Positions 42,593 to 53,333 of a DNA stretch of 64,000 nt are shown here, piece by piece. This DNA is from Candidatus Poribacteria bacterium. GTDB lineage: Bacteria > Poribacteria > WGA-4E > WGA-3G. The translations under genes and the position numbers were made by a program. The stretch's first letter is position 1, and each line of letters opens with the position of its first letter. Location: assembly GCA_965205025.1 (NCBI GenBank), contig CBDBFU010000014.1:64001-128000 (forward strand), written 5' to 3'. The notes beneath the pieces were generated by a model. The model did not search any database and was not told the DNA's origin. It saw nothing but the letters and a program-made list of their open reading frames with translations.

Positions 42593-43852
42593 CTATCCTC
42601 TGGTCTGATATGACCAAGATGAACGATTGTCATACTGACAAAGTTTAGGAAAAAGGAAATCACATCGTTTTTTCGGAGTAATAAGATTATCTTCTGTGCG
42701 CGCCACTAATGTTGCGTCCATTAATGTCTGTACAGCTTTCTCTATCGCATCTTCTGATATGTCGCTCTCTTTTGCCAAATCCGCGACAGATTTGTCACCC
42801 TTTACCAACTGTCTTAAAACAGCGACTATAGTGGGATTTGTGAAGAGATGCGTAAAATTTACGATGTCCGCATCTGGTGCTTTATTTAGGAAAATATCAA
42901 TGCTATCCGACCAATATGCAATACGCGATTTACCTGCATTGGCAGCGGTCTTATATACACCAACATAACCCCAGGCCACGTGATTTTCGGCATCTTCGGG
43001 GAGTGTGCTTAATGTCTTAAATGCATCACTTCGTTGTGAGCGAGGATGATGCGGCATATCAAATTTATCACTTAGTTGATCCGAGAGAGAATGAATCTGT
43101 TCACGAAGTTCAGCTATGTCTTCTTGCAAATCAGGTGAAATTCTTACTTGCTTCCCCGTTAGGTTATGCAAGGTTTCCTCAGAATTTTCCTCAACTTTGG
43201 TTTCATCTTTCACTTCTTTTGCCATGATAATATCTCCTTTTAACTGGTGTTGGGAACGTTGTTCCTTTTCAACTGTAATGTCTAACGCCTCTTGAATCAT
43301 ATATTTATACTTCTTTACTCGTTGCCGCGCACGGCGGATCCGACTCTTCACCGTATTTTCGGACAGGCCTAAGTACGTTCCGATTTCCGAAGAGGTCATC
43401 TCTTCAAAGTAGTGGAGTGTAATAACTTCCCGATCACTCTCCTTCAACTTCGCAAGCAATTTCTTGACGAGGTTGTGTTGCGCCTCCGCAGTAGTTTTCG
43501 CTTGTTCTGCAGCAACATATTGGGAATACGCCTCTGTCTCAATTTCTGACATGTCGGTTTCTTCCAGGGACTCAGTTTTTATCCGATTTTTGCGAAACCA
43601 TGCGTTACAGAGATTATTCACAATCTTATAGAGCCATCTTGAAAACTGTGTCGAATCTTCCAAAGTTTCCAGCTTCTGATACACTTGTAGGAAGGCCTCT
43701 TGCGTAATATCCTCAGCGATATGGAAATCTCCTGTTTTCCGCCAGGAATGTGCATGAACCTGTTTACTGTACTTTCCAATCAAACATGCAAAGGCATCCT
43801 CATCACCTTCAAGGATACGTTGAATCAACGCAATATCTTCGTTTTTCACCAA
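42593..43852 (-). CDS. ECF sigma-70 factor with C-terminal coiled-coil / winged-HTH extension
   Basis: AEDITQEAF, ENTVKSRIRRAR; extension with GDKSVADLAKESDIS; probable extra A near 42670 (corrected stop at 42589). Confidence 0.85.
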   Translation of the reverse strand: MVKNEDIALIQRILEGDEDAFACLIGKYSKQVHAHSWRKTGDFHIAEDITQEAFLQVYQKLETLEDSTQFSRWLYKIVNNLCNAWFRKNRIKTESLEETDMSEIETEAYSQYVAAEQAKTTAEAQHNLVKKLLAKLKESDREVITLHYFEEMTSSEIGTYLGLSENTVKSRIRRARQRVKKYKYMIQEALDITVEKEQRSQHQLKGDIIMAKEVKDETKVEENSEETLHNLTGKQVRISPDLQEDIAELREQIHSLSDQLSDKFDMPHHPRSQRSDAFKTLSTLPEDAENHVAWGYVGVYKTAANAGKSRIAYWSDSIDIFLNKAPDADIVNFTHLFTNPTIVAVLRQLVKGDKSVADLAKESDISEDAIEKAVQTLMDATLVARTEDNLITPKKRCDFLFPKLCQYDNRSSWSYQTRG

Positions 43853-43892
43853 AAGCCTCCAGGAAGTATATCTTTACTCACTCATATATAAT

Positions 43893-43919
43893 GACGCGAA
43901 TTAGGAGAAAAAAGGTGCA
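43893..43919 (-). promoter_or_regulatory. Putative ECF-type promoter TGCACC-N15-CGCGTC
   Basis: Matches the 42389-42415 motif; about 40 bp upstream of the start codon. Confidence 0.6.
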
Positions 43920-44027
43920 TATTTTTGGAATGGAATCAATGCCTCTGTTCAGAACACAAAACCACTTGACAATTCAGGTAAATTGATGCTAATATTGATT
44001 GTATAAAGATAAGGAGAAAAAAGCAAT

Positions 44028-45135
44028 ATGGCATCAAAAAGTGAATTAAAGTCGATGTTAAACGCACCTATAGGTTTAGCACCCAATACATACTTGCATT
44101 TTTATAACGGTGGTAAACTTCGGGCAGAATTTATGGGGGAATCTGATCCGAAAGATGACTACTATTCTGAGGAATGGATTTTCTCAACAAATCGCGCAAT
44201 TACACCCGGAAGAGAGAATCCACCTGACAAAGGCTTTAGTCGTATCACACTTCCTAATGGAGAAGAGGTCTTATTAAAGGAATTATTAGATGCATTTCCA
44301 GAAGAAACATTAGGTGACGCACACGTAGCAAAATACGGTACGGACCTCGGAGTTTTACTCAAGATTTTTGATGTAGGCGAAGGCGCACATATCCCAATAC
44401 ATTGGCATCCAAACCCAGATTTCGCACAAGAACATCTAAATTCACCATTCGGAAAAAATGAAGCATGGATATTAATCGGTACACGACCAGGCGCAAAAGC
44501 TTGGATCGGTTGGAAAGAAGCAATAGAGAAATCTGAATTCCGTCGTCTCATGGAAGCACAAGATATAGAAACTCTACGCAGTTTAATGCATGTCGTTGAA
44601 CCAAAGGTAGGAGAAGTATACTATTTACGGACACCAATCGTCCATTCTCTCGGTACAGGATTATGTGTACTTGAACCTCAAGAACCAACAGATTGGAACA
44701 TACTTGCGGAATGGGAAGGTTTTCCCTATGATAAAGAAGATGGACATTGTGGACTCGGTTGGGACTTAGCGGTTGAGGCAGCCGAATATGATAAACTTGA
44801 ACTGGATTATCTAAACAATTACATTAGACGAAAACCTGAACTCGTTAGAGCAGAAGGAGATAGCCGAGAAGATCGAATTGTTCCTGAAGAAGCCTCTAAA
44901 TATTTTGGTTGTTCACGCCTAACTGTCACTTCCACGCTAAGTATGCCTAAAGGTAAGGGGTTCTATGCGCTTGTCACTTTAGGGGGTGAAGGTGTACTAC
45001 GTGGTGATTTTGATGATGTCGAACTCAAACGTGGAAAATCTGTCTTTATCCCAAGAAGTTTACCAGGCTTATGACATTGTTAGCACAGGTAGTGAACCGA
45101 TGGAAGTAATTTGTTGTTATCCACCAAGTCTATAG
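44028..45135 (+). CDS. Class I mannose-6-phosphate isomerase-like cupin (probable frameshift near 45067)
   Basis: LLKIFD, PIHWHP, GKNEAW, VHSLG, LEPQEPTD; an alternate frame continues YDIVSTGSEPMEVICCYPPSL*. Confidence 0.8.
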
Positions 45136-45275
45136 ATATTGATATTGTGCTGTATAATTTAGTATATATCCAAAGTTTCAATCAAATAGGAGAAACATAT
45201 CTGTTAAATACAACAAAGGACTTATAATTTCAGAGCATACAGAAACAGGGAGATATATACGAATTACCTGCTAAT

Positions 45276-46493
45276 ATGTTAGATTTCAAACCTCCTAAAC
45301 CGAATGAGATAGCAATTAAGGTTGTACAGTCTCTCACTGCGTTAGGGAATAGATTGTATCCAAAAGGGTTGACATTAGATATTGATGAGAACTCTATTTC
45401 ACGACTGAAATCAACATTCGGTCATCCTACCGTCATAGCCCCAAACCATGCAGCATCGGCTGATCAAACCGTTGTTTTCTTTTTATCAAAGAAGTTATCA
45501 CAGCCATTCTACTATATGGCAGCTCGTGAATCATTTGATAAAGGTAGGTTTTCCGGTGTTAGAAGCATGCTAATGCAACAAATGGGGGTTTATTCCGTCG
45601 TGCGCGGAACAGTTGACAGAAACGCATTTCGTACAACTCGGCAAATTCTATCGGAAGGGAAATGGCCACTGGTCGTATTTGGGGAAGGTGAAGTCTCTCG
45701 TCAAAACGACACTGTCATGCGGTTTGAAAGAGGTATAATACAACTCTGTTTTTGGGCATTAGACGACATCAAGAAAACCGGTGAAGACAAGCCACTTTAT
45801 GTAGTTCCTGTTGGAATAAAATATCGTTTTACTGAAGACATGTGGGATATTATTGATTTTGCATTAACAAAATTAGAGCAACATATACTTCCACCATCTA
45901 CCCGCACACCAGAAGAACGATACCAAAGACTTAGACGTATAGGTATGTCTGTTTTAAAAACGCTCGCTGATGAATATCAATATAAAGTGGATCAATCCGT
46001 TTCTCTAAATGAACATATTCAAGGACTTAAGGAACAGATACTATCACATGCAGAAAAAATCATGGGTATACAACCAAACGGAGATATTCTCACGCGGGTA
46101 CGGGTCTTAAGAAATCTTGTGGATACCGAAATCTACAAAGATGTTGAACAGATGACAGACTATGAACGAAAGATACATCAAGAACTTTTACAGAAATTTC
46201 AACAGTTTTACCCAGATTTAGATCGTTTAGTCAATTTCATTGCAATAACTGACGGTTATGTGGCTGAAGATGAATCTCCTGAACGTTACCTTGAAGTGAT
46301 CGCACGTTTAGAAAAGGAAGTTTTTGGGGATGCTAAGATGCGCGGTCCGCGTGTTGCGTCTATCAGGGCAGGTGAACCAAAGAATCTATTAGAAGAATAT
46401 GATGCATATAAGAATGATAAAAGAAATACTGTTGAAAATATTACCGCTGGACTGGAAAACGATGTACAAAATTTGATTACTGGATTCAATTAG
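45276..46493 (+). CDS. Lysophospholipid / glycerol-3-phosphate acyltransferase family protein
   Basis: NHAASAD (HxxxxD), VFGEGEVS, VVPVGIKY. Confidence 0.85.
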   Translation: MLDFKPPKPNEIAIKVVQSLTALGNRLYPKGLTLDIDENSISRLKSTFGHPTVIAPNHAASADQTVVFFLSKKLSQPFYYMAARESFDKGRFSGVRSMLMQQMGVYSVVRGTVDRNAFRTTRQILSEGKWPLVVFGEGEVSRQNDTVMRFERGIIQLCFWALDDIKKTGEDKPLYVVPVGIKYRFTEDMWDIIDFALTKLEQHILPPSTRTPEERYQRLRRIGMSVLKTLADEYQYKVDQSVSLNEHIQGLKEQILSHAEKIMGIQPNGDILTRVRVLRNLVDTEIYKDVEQMTDYERKIHQELLQKFQQFYPDLDRLVNFIAITDGYVAEDESPERYLEVIARLEKEVFGDAKMRGPRVASIRAGEPKNLLEEYDAYKNDKRNTVENITAGLENDVQNLITGFN

Positions 46494-46578
46494 ACATAGT
46501 TGTTTTTCAAAAAGGTTTTAGAATTATTGTCTATGATTATGTAAACGTATCTTTTTGAGACATTAATAAATAATATAT

Positions 46579-46681
46579 TATAGTAGAGTTTAGAATTAAT
46601 AGGACACTCTGTGCCGGTTCGGTTAGGAAACCGAACCTACCAGGGGTAAAAGTGTCTATTTATTTTTTTAGTTTAACTATA
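46579..46681. repeat. REP hairpin inside an AT-rich inverted-repeat shell
   Basis: GGTTCGGTTAGGAAACCGAACCTACC flanked by TATAGT...AATAGGACACT / AGTGTCTATT...ACTATA. Confidence 0.75.
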
Positions 46682-46716
46682 TAAAGATGATATAAAGATG
46701 CCTATAGGAGGAATAT

Positions 46717-47634
46717 ATGGCAAAGAAATTGTCTATTGGAAGTTGGGCTTACGCTTTCGGACCTTATGAAGATAACCCTGTACCCTTTGATGATGTTGTC
46801 AAACGTCTCGGAGAACTGGAATTTGATGGTATCGAAATCGGGGCATTTAAACCACATATCGATATCAACGACTACCCTATGAAGAGTGATCGGGATGCGG
46901 TTAAAGGTTTGATTAGTTATTACGGGTTAGAAGTATCTGGATTAGCAGCAGATTTCTGGTCTCATCCCGGACCGGGAACCGACGAAGCGCAAGAGGACGA
47001 CGCATATTTCAAACTCTTCAGACGTAACCTTCAACTTGCACTTGATCTCGGTTCACCATCAATACGTGTTGACACAGTAATCAGTTATCCTGAGAAAGAA
47101 ATTGAAGGAGTTGAACGTCAAGAAGCGTGGGATAGGATTGCATCCCTATGGAGACGTTGTGCGCAAGTGGCTGAAGACTATGGTGTACTGATGTTATGGG
47201 AATTTGAACCAGGCTTTATGTTCAATAAACCCAGTGACATCATAAACTTGCCTAAGGCTGTAGATCACCCCAATTTTAAGGTTATGTTTGATACATGTCA
47301 TGCACAGATGTGTGCAACAGTTGGCTCAAGACAGGTCGGTGAAAAGGAGACACTGGGTGATAATGGGGTTATTGCGCTTGCCCGTCAACTCAAAGGTGAA
47401 ATCGGACACTTCCACCTTATCGATTCTGACAATACGTTACACGGAGACGAAACAAGTACTCACGCTCCATTTGGAGATGGTGTGCTGGATTTTGATGCTA
47501 TTATACCTGTCATCATGGATGAAACAGGATATGACGGGGAATGGTTCTCTATTGATCTCTGTTTCTGGCCAGAAGCATGGGATGTAACGGAAAATGCAAA
47601 GAAATTCCTAACCCCTTATTTAGAAAGATATTAG
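46717..47634 (+). CDS. Sugar phosphate isomerase/epimerase
   Basis: FDGIEIG, WEFEPG, FDTCHA, HFHLIDSD. Confidence 0.88.
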   Translation: MAKKLSIGSWAYAFGPYEDNPVPFDDVVKRLGELEFDGIEIGAFKPHIDINDYPMKSDRDAVKGLISYYGLEVSGLAADFWSHPGPGTDEAQEDDAYFKLFRRNLQLALDLGSPSIRVDTVISYPEKEIEGVERQEAWDRIASLWRRCAQVAEDYGVLMLWEFEPGFMFNKPSDIINLPKAVDHPNFKVMFDTCHAQMCATVGSRQVGEKETLGDNGVIALARQLKGEIGHFHLIDSDNTLHGDETSTHAPFGDGVLDFDAIIPVIMDETGYDGEWFSIDLCFWPEAWDVTENAKKFLTPYLERY

Positions 47635-47739
47635 TTCTAAAGTTATCCGTGGGGAGAGGATAGAAATGTCTTTATTCGGATAGTTCTTTCCCTGCGGATT
47701 TTTCTATGATCTGATGTTACCTTTGTATTCCAAGCGAAC

Positions 47740-48579
47740 ATGTTAAATAATACTACACTTAACGCTTTGCTTGATCTTGCATTATCTGAGGATATAGGTA
47801 TTGGTGATATTACAACCGAAGCAACTATACCGCCTTCCCAAAATGCAATCGGTATACTCACCGCGAAAAGTGAAGGTGTAGTTGCTGGATTACCTGTAGC
47901 AGAAAAAACATTCGCAAAAGTGGATACTTCACTTGATTTACGCTCTATCGTAAAAGAGGGTGATGCTGTCTCCGTGGGAACATCCATCGCTGAGGTTGAA
48001 GGAAGTGCTAAGTCAATCTTGATCGGTGAGAGGACAGCGTTAAACTTTCTTCAACGATTATCAGGTGTGGCAACCTTGACATCCTTATTTGTAGATGCAG
48101 TTCGTGACTATGATGTAAAGATAGTTGATACCCGTAAGACAACACCAGGATTACGTGCACTTCAAAAATATGCAGTGCGTGTTGGGGGTGGCAATAATCA
48201 CCGTTATGGTCTTTATGATGGTATACTCATAAAAGACAATCATATCATTGCAGCTGGTGGTATTCACAACGCAGTGGAACGTACAAAATTCACCGCCCCA
48301 CATACTGCGAAAATAGAGGTAGAAGTTGAAACTCTTGAACAGGTACAAGAAGCGTTAGAAGCAAAGGCTGATATTCTACTACTTGATAATATGTCGATTG
48401 AAATGATGAAAACAGTTGTTAAACTTGTCGGCAACAGAGCAATGACTGAGGCGTCCGGGGGAATCACATTGGAACGGGTGCAGGCTGTTGCGTCTACAGG
48501 TGTTAATCTAATATCTATTGGTGCATTGACACATTCAGCAATGCCAATGGACATTAGTTTGAACCTAAAACTATCGTGA
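47740..48579 (+). CDS. nadC: Nicotinate-nucleotide diphosphorylase (carboxylating)
   Basis: ERTALNFLQRLSG, DTRKTTPG, HRYGL.D.ILIKDNH, LLDNM, EASGGI. Confidence 0.96.
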   Translation: MLNNTTLNALLDLALSEDIGIGDITTEATIPPSQNAIGILTAKSEGVVAGLPVAEKTFAKVDTSLDLRSIVKEGDAVSVGTSIAEVEGSAKSILIGERTALNFLQRLSGVATLTSLFVDAVRDYDVKIVDTRKTTPGLRALQKYAVRVGGGNNHRYGLYDGILIKDNHIIAAGGIHNAVERTKFTAPHTAKIEVEVETLEQVQEALEAKADILLLDNMSIEMMKTVVKLVGNRAMTEASGGITLERVQAVASTGVNLISIGALTHSAMPMDISLNLKLS

Positions 48580-48609
48580 GTTTGATGAAGGAAGAGGAAA
48601 TATAATAGC

Positions 48610-49758
48610 ATGCAGGCACCACTGAGCCGCGAGAATATGATTCGCGGTGTTCTTTTGTTTACGCTGTTTACGGTAGTTGGGTTAGTACTCAGCTTTTTAT
48701 GGACTCATGGATCACAGGACCTTAGGGAAGGTGCAGAGGAATTACGTCAAGTACTCCTGCACATGCGGTATGAATTCCTCCTCGGTGCTACTTTATTTAT
48801 GTTTGTGGATTGGTTGTGTGCTGGTTTACGATACCATGTTTTTATTCGAATTGTCGCACCAACTATCAAATTTAGGAATAGTTTCCGAGCAATTTTAGCT
48901 ACAATTTGTGTTTCTGCAATTACACCCTTTCAAACTGGTGGTGTTGGACACCTTTATATATATGCACGGTCTGGTGTCCCTTTTTCTGGTGCATTAACAG
49001 CAGGTATTGCCTCTTTTTTATCTACCTTAGTAATTCTTATTTGTGCCGCTGGTGGAATACTATTATTTATGCCAGCAACTATACCTGAAGGAACGACTTG
49101 GATCAGTCTATTTAGTTTTCTCATATTCGGTTTAGTCTTTATCACTTTTCTACTCTTACTTTTCAAACCTGAAATTGTCACACGCATCTTTTACTGGTTA
49201 TCTGATCTGGTTGGACGTAGATTTAAACCGATTGCTCCAATCTTAGAACGAGTAAAATCAAAAGTAGAACAAATTTCTGTAGAACATAAAACATTTGCAA
49301 GATCACTTATTAGAGACCATAAATGGACATGCTTACTTAGTTTACTACTTACCTGTGCCTTCCTCTTTGCACGGATTGTAGGTGGATACTACGTCTTACG
49401 TGCATTTAACACTAAGGTCGGCTTATGGGATCTTTGTATAGTAGAAATGTTATATAACTTTGTTGTGCTTTTTGCCCCAACACCGGGAGCAAGTGGATTT
49501 GCTGAAGGGACGAAGAGTTTGTTAATGAAGACACTTGTAGTTGAGAGAGTTATTACACCTTTCGTACTATTAACAAGATTTTTTGCTGTTTATTGCGGCG
49601 TAATTTTGGGGGGTATTGTCATATCTCTACAATTAGCAAAGGATCTAAGAACTAATAAGAAGGTTATATCTAAGGATGTTACCTCTCAACCACTTATTAA
49701 CCCGTTAGAACAACTTGAAGATAAGAAAAATATCCCAGAAAAAGATTACAGTCGGTAA
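48610..49758 (+). CDS. Lysylphosphatidylglycerol synthase TM-domain (UPF0104, flippase-like) protein
   Basis: ITPFQTGG, PTPGASGFAEG, LLTRF. Confidence 0.85.
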   Translation: MQAPLSRENMIRGVLLFTLFTVVGLVLSFLWTHGSQDLREGAEELRQVLLHMRYEFLLGATLFMFVDWLCAGLRYHVFIRIVAPTIKFRNSFRAILATICVSAITPFQTGGVGHLYIYARSGVPFSGALTAGIASFLSTLVILICAAGGILLFMPATIPEGTTWISLFSFLIFGLVFITFLLLLFKPEIVTRIFYWLSDLVGRRFKPIAPILERVKSKVEQISVEHKTFARSLIRDHKWTCLLSLLLTCAFLFARIVGGYYVLRAFNTKVGLWDLCIVEMLYNFVVLFAPTPGASGFAEGTKSLLMKTLVVERVITPFVLLTRFFAVYCGVILGGIVISLQLAKDLRTNKKVISKDVTSQPLINPLEQLEDKKNIPEKDYSR

Positions 49759-49862
49759 ATAGGTAATAATATTAGATCAATTCCTGACAAATTAAAATCG
49801 TAGCACTACAGCGGAGTGCTATGTATTGAATTATTCATACAAGTATGGATAAAAGGAGAATC

Positions 49863-50787
49863 ATGGAAAACACTATTAAAAACATTGAACCATCAACAAC
49901 TAAACTCGGTTGGGTTGGCACAGGGGTTATGGGACGTTGGATGTGTCAACACCTTATGGATCTTGGATACGAGATGACAGTATACAATCGTACGAAATCC
50001 AAGTCGCAACCTTTGATAGATGCAGGAGCAACATGGGCAGATTCACCGAGTAATGTTGCTGCTGCTTCCGATATCATCTTTACCATCGTAGGTTTCCCAC
50101 CAGATGTCCGAGAGGTATATCTTGGAGATAACGGTATATTAAAAGGTGCAAAATCTGGTAGTATCATTGTCGATATGACAACAACTGAACCCTCACTGGC
50201 ACAAGAAATATACACTGAAGCTAAAGCTCAGAATGTATCATCTGTAGATGCTCCTGTATCGGGGGGTGATGTAGGGGCACGCGAAGCACGGCTTTCTATT
50301 ATGGTTGGTGGAGACGAAGATGCCGTTCAAGCAGTTATGCCACTTTTCTCTGCAATGGGTAAAAATATCGTTCATCAAGGAGAAGCAGGGGGCAGGACAG
50401 CACACCAAAATGTGCAACCAAATTACTATATCCGGCACAATGATCGGTGTCTGTGAAGGCTTAATATATGGACACAAAGCGGGTTTGGATTTGGAAACAA
50501 TGCTATCTTCTATCAGTGGTGGTGCAGCCGCATGCTGGTCATTGGACAATTTAGCACCACGTGTATTAAAACGTGACTTTGATCCAGGTTTTTTTGTGGA
50601 ACACTTCATAAAAGACATGAGCATCGCCTTAGACGAAGCCAGAAAAATGAATCTTAGCCTTCCCGGTCTCGCCTTAGTACATCAACTCTATACTGCAGTA
50701 CAAGCACAAGGTCATGGTCGGTTAGGGACACAAGCACTGCTATTGGCTTTAGAGCAAATGTCTGGTACAGAAGTTAAAGGAAAGTAA
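49863..50787 (+). CDS. NAD(P)-dependent 3-hydroxyisobutyrate dehydrogenase-family oxidoreductase (frameshift at G run near 50390)
   Basis: [34 protein letters not shown] across ORFs 49845-50456 and 50305-50787. Confidence 0.88.
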
Positions 50788-50868
50788 TGCCATTACATAT
50801 TTACTATCTGTAGATGGATCAAAGCAAATTTGATTACTATCTGTTATGATACCAATTTTACTTAATTA

Positions 50869-50986
50869 ACGTGAGTTTGATTATAGGCGTATGAACTTCA
50901 TCTATCCAAAAATATTACCCTATAGACCGGTAGGTACGGTTTCCTAACCGTACCGAATTCAAGATTCTGTGTTATCAAACTCACGT
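50869..50986. mobile_element. IS982-derived MITE with REP cargo and 7-bp target duplication
   Basis: ACGTGAGTTTGAT...ATCAAACTCACGT flanked by TTAATTA; internal GGTAGGTACGGTTTCCTAACCGTACC. Confidence 0.85.
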
Positions 50987-51035
50987 TTAATTAGCTTATA
51001 TTAATAGCAACTATAGTTTGGACAATTTTTAGATA

Positions 51036-51245
51036 TAGCACTCCGCTGGAGTGCGGGATTGCTATGCTTCACTGCTATAGACATATTGCTCCGCTGGAGC
51101 AAGACCCACAACTTATCCGGATGTTAGACGCAATCAATACACAACTTAACGATACCGTCATTACGATGTCTCCTCACACCAGCGGTGTGATATGTCTATA
51201 GAAATAAGAGGTAGAAAGCCCCGCACTCCAGCGGAGTTCTATGTA
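51036..51245. repeat. REPIN-like cluster of CCGCTGG/CCAGCGG hairpins
   Basis: GCACTCCGCTGGAGTGC, TTGCTCCGCTGGAGCAA, CACACCAGCGGTGTG, ACTCCAGCGGAGT, with CTATAGACATAT flanks in inverted orientation. Confidence 0.75.
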
Positions 51246-51273
51246 AAGATGTTCGCTTTGGACATAAACGCGC

Positions 51274-51345
51274 TCCCAGTCGTCTACCTCATGCTGCCCC
51301 ATTATGTGTCCTCTCACTTGCAGATGGGTATGTGCGTCATAAAGG
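51274..51345 (-). pseudogene. Orphan C-terminal fragment homologous to the 54607-55428 secreted protein
   Basis: YDAHTHLQVRGHIMGQHEVDDWE versus YDAHTHLQVRGQIRGQHEEDDWE. Confidence 0.75.
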
Positions 51346-51367
51346 ATACCTGCCTGTGAGATAAGTT

Positions 51368-52417
51368 TCAATCTAATTGCTTAAGGCTGCCCCATTGTGT
51401 TGTCAGTTTATCTTGCGGAGATACAGCATGGAAACCCTCTATCCAGTGTGGTTGATAGTCGTTACTTGGGTGATTTGTTAGGTTTGTGAGTCTTTTACTT
51501 GCCAAATTGTATTTATAGATTTCATAATCGGATTCAGGATCAGCCCCATGTGCTCTCATAGACAGTAGTACATTCAGATCATCTCCCATCCAGCATCCAG
51601 TTGTGATTACCGTGACTTTTGGGAAATCGTGAATATGACGAAATCCTGTATAAACATTATGAACTATCAATTGCGAAGCAATAGGATGTAATTTCCGATC
51701 CGCATCCACTCTGAATAGGTGGTCATCATACATAATGTATCTACCAGATGGTGACCAAACGGGAGCTCCTCTATTCAGATATATACCTTTACCTGGGTTG
51801 CGAGTGAGTCTTCTCTTTCTTTTCCCATCTGCATCCATGATCCAGATATTCCAAGTACTATCATCTTCACCATCATGTTGATAGGCAATCTGTTTGCCAT
51901 CTGGAGACCAGTCCATTCTATGCGACCATGCTGATGGAAAGTCATTGTCTGTAAGTTGCTTCAGATTTCCTGTTTCTAAGTTCAAAGTATAGATATCCCA
52001 ATTCCCTGATCGGTTACTCCTAAATGCAATTTTCTTTCCATTCGGTGATATGACTGGTTTTCTATCAGTAGGGTGATTTATCATAAACCGATGTTCATTT
52101 AATCCTGTCTCATCAATAATCAAGAATTGATTATTGTCTGTCCGTCCCGTTCCAGGATTATGGTCTCTTACAAATAGTATACGTTTGCCATCTGGAAACC
52201 ATCTTGGGGTTCGATTCCAAGTTCCTGCAGGTGTTATTCTTCTGAGATTACTACCATTATCTTCCATCACATAGATATGATATGCCGTTTCACCTTCTCG
52301 TTTGGTTGTGAAGGCAATCTTGGCATGACAACATAAAGTGAATTCTATAAACAACAGAGATATGAGCATAAGACACCAACAATTATACCAGTTTCGGATT
52401 GAAAGATTAAATCTCAT
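51368..52417 (-). CDS. Secreted TolB-like (PD40) beta-propeller with W-G-x-L-K tail
   Basis: Signal peptide (CHA/KIAF), PRWFPDG / SPNG / WSPDG repeats, AVSPQDKLTTQWGSLKQLD. Confidence 0.85.
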   Translation of the reverse strand: MRFNLSIRNWYNCWCLMLISLLFIEFTLCCHAKIAFTTKREGETAYHIYVMEDNGSNLRRITPAGTWNRTPRWFPDGKRILFVRDHNPGTGRTDNNQFLIIDETGLNEHRFMINHPTDRKPVISPNGKKIAFRSNRSGNWDIYTLNLETGNLKQLTDNDFPSAWSHRMDWSPDGKQIAYQHDGEDDSTWNIWIMDADGKRKRRLTRNPGKGIYLNRGAPVWSPSGRYIMYDDHLFRVDADRKLHPIASQLIVHNVYTGFRHIHDFPKVTVITTGCWMGDDLNVLLSMRAHGADPESDYEIYKYNLASKRLTNLTNHPSNDYQPHWIEGFHAVSPQDKLTTQWGSLKQLD

Positions 52418-52436
52418 TATGTTCTCCTAATTAGAG

Positions 52437-52475
52437 TAGATCCTCAAAGACTCTTCACGAACCTTTGAGGATCTA
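52437..52475. terminator. Intergenic stem-loop between cassette genes
   Basis: TAGATCCTCAAAG-N13-CTTTGAGGATCTA, perfect 13-bp stem. Confidence 0.6.
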
Positions 52476-52485
52476 TAATCACTAT

Positions 52486-53333
52486 TTATTCTTCAACATT
52501 CCATGTACTACTCATTGAAGCAAACCATCTATCTGTATTATCCTCATCTTGTTCCTGTCCACTAATCCATGCTGCAATACTCATTGATGCTTGTACACCA
52601 AAGGAATCTCCTTGTCCGAAAAAAGTAACCTCAAAGGAATCTGAAAACGAAGGGAAAGACACAGATTGTGATTCATCGTTTGCATTAATTGAACCGTGTA
52701 AAATCTGTATTCCATCAGGTTGGTCGAATAGATTATTTTCATCAAGGTTCCCATCCGCTTGTAACTTGCCAACTGCATAGAAAAGATTCATTACATAACT
52801 AATGTCATGTATACCATTATTTGTAATAGAACCGGAGATTGTTGCTTCAGCTGTAGAACCATTCCATCCCGCATTGGCAGAAGCATCTCCTTGTGCTCCT
52901 GTGTGAAACCCCTGTCTCTTATCAACATCTGGAGTGGTATAGACGTACGCTGTGTAGGAATCGGTGTCTTGGTCGATATTGCCATTTTCATCCATAAACG
53001 ATTGAACGACAGCCTTTACCTCATAACTTGTACCGAAAGGGGATCCGGGATAGTAGAAACTACCGGCAGAGAAACAGGCTGTTGTTTGTGGATTGTTAAT
53101 ATCACCATTGCTTGTACCTACATGAACATCGTTAATATACCACCATACATCTGAAAACGGTTCATCCGTTTCTACACAAGCAGAGGGGTAGAGGTATCCA
53201 GCATAGTTGTAGTATTGACCATTACTGGGGTACAACGACGTAATTTCTATTGCTTCACTGTTATTTACCAGTGTGAACAAGAATACAGAACAGATGATCG
53301 TTATTGCGAGGGCCACATTGTGTGTTTCAACAT
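52486..53333 (-). CDS. Secreted acidic beta-rich hypothetical protein (cassette 2; +2 slip in the signal-peptide region)
   Basis: LAITIICSVFL...NNSEA signal peptide homologous to the 55428 gene; SD/ATG at 53333 is out of frame by an extra CA. Confidence 0.75.
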
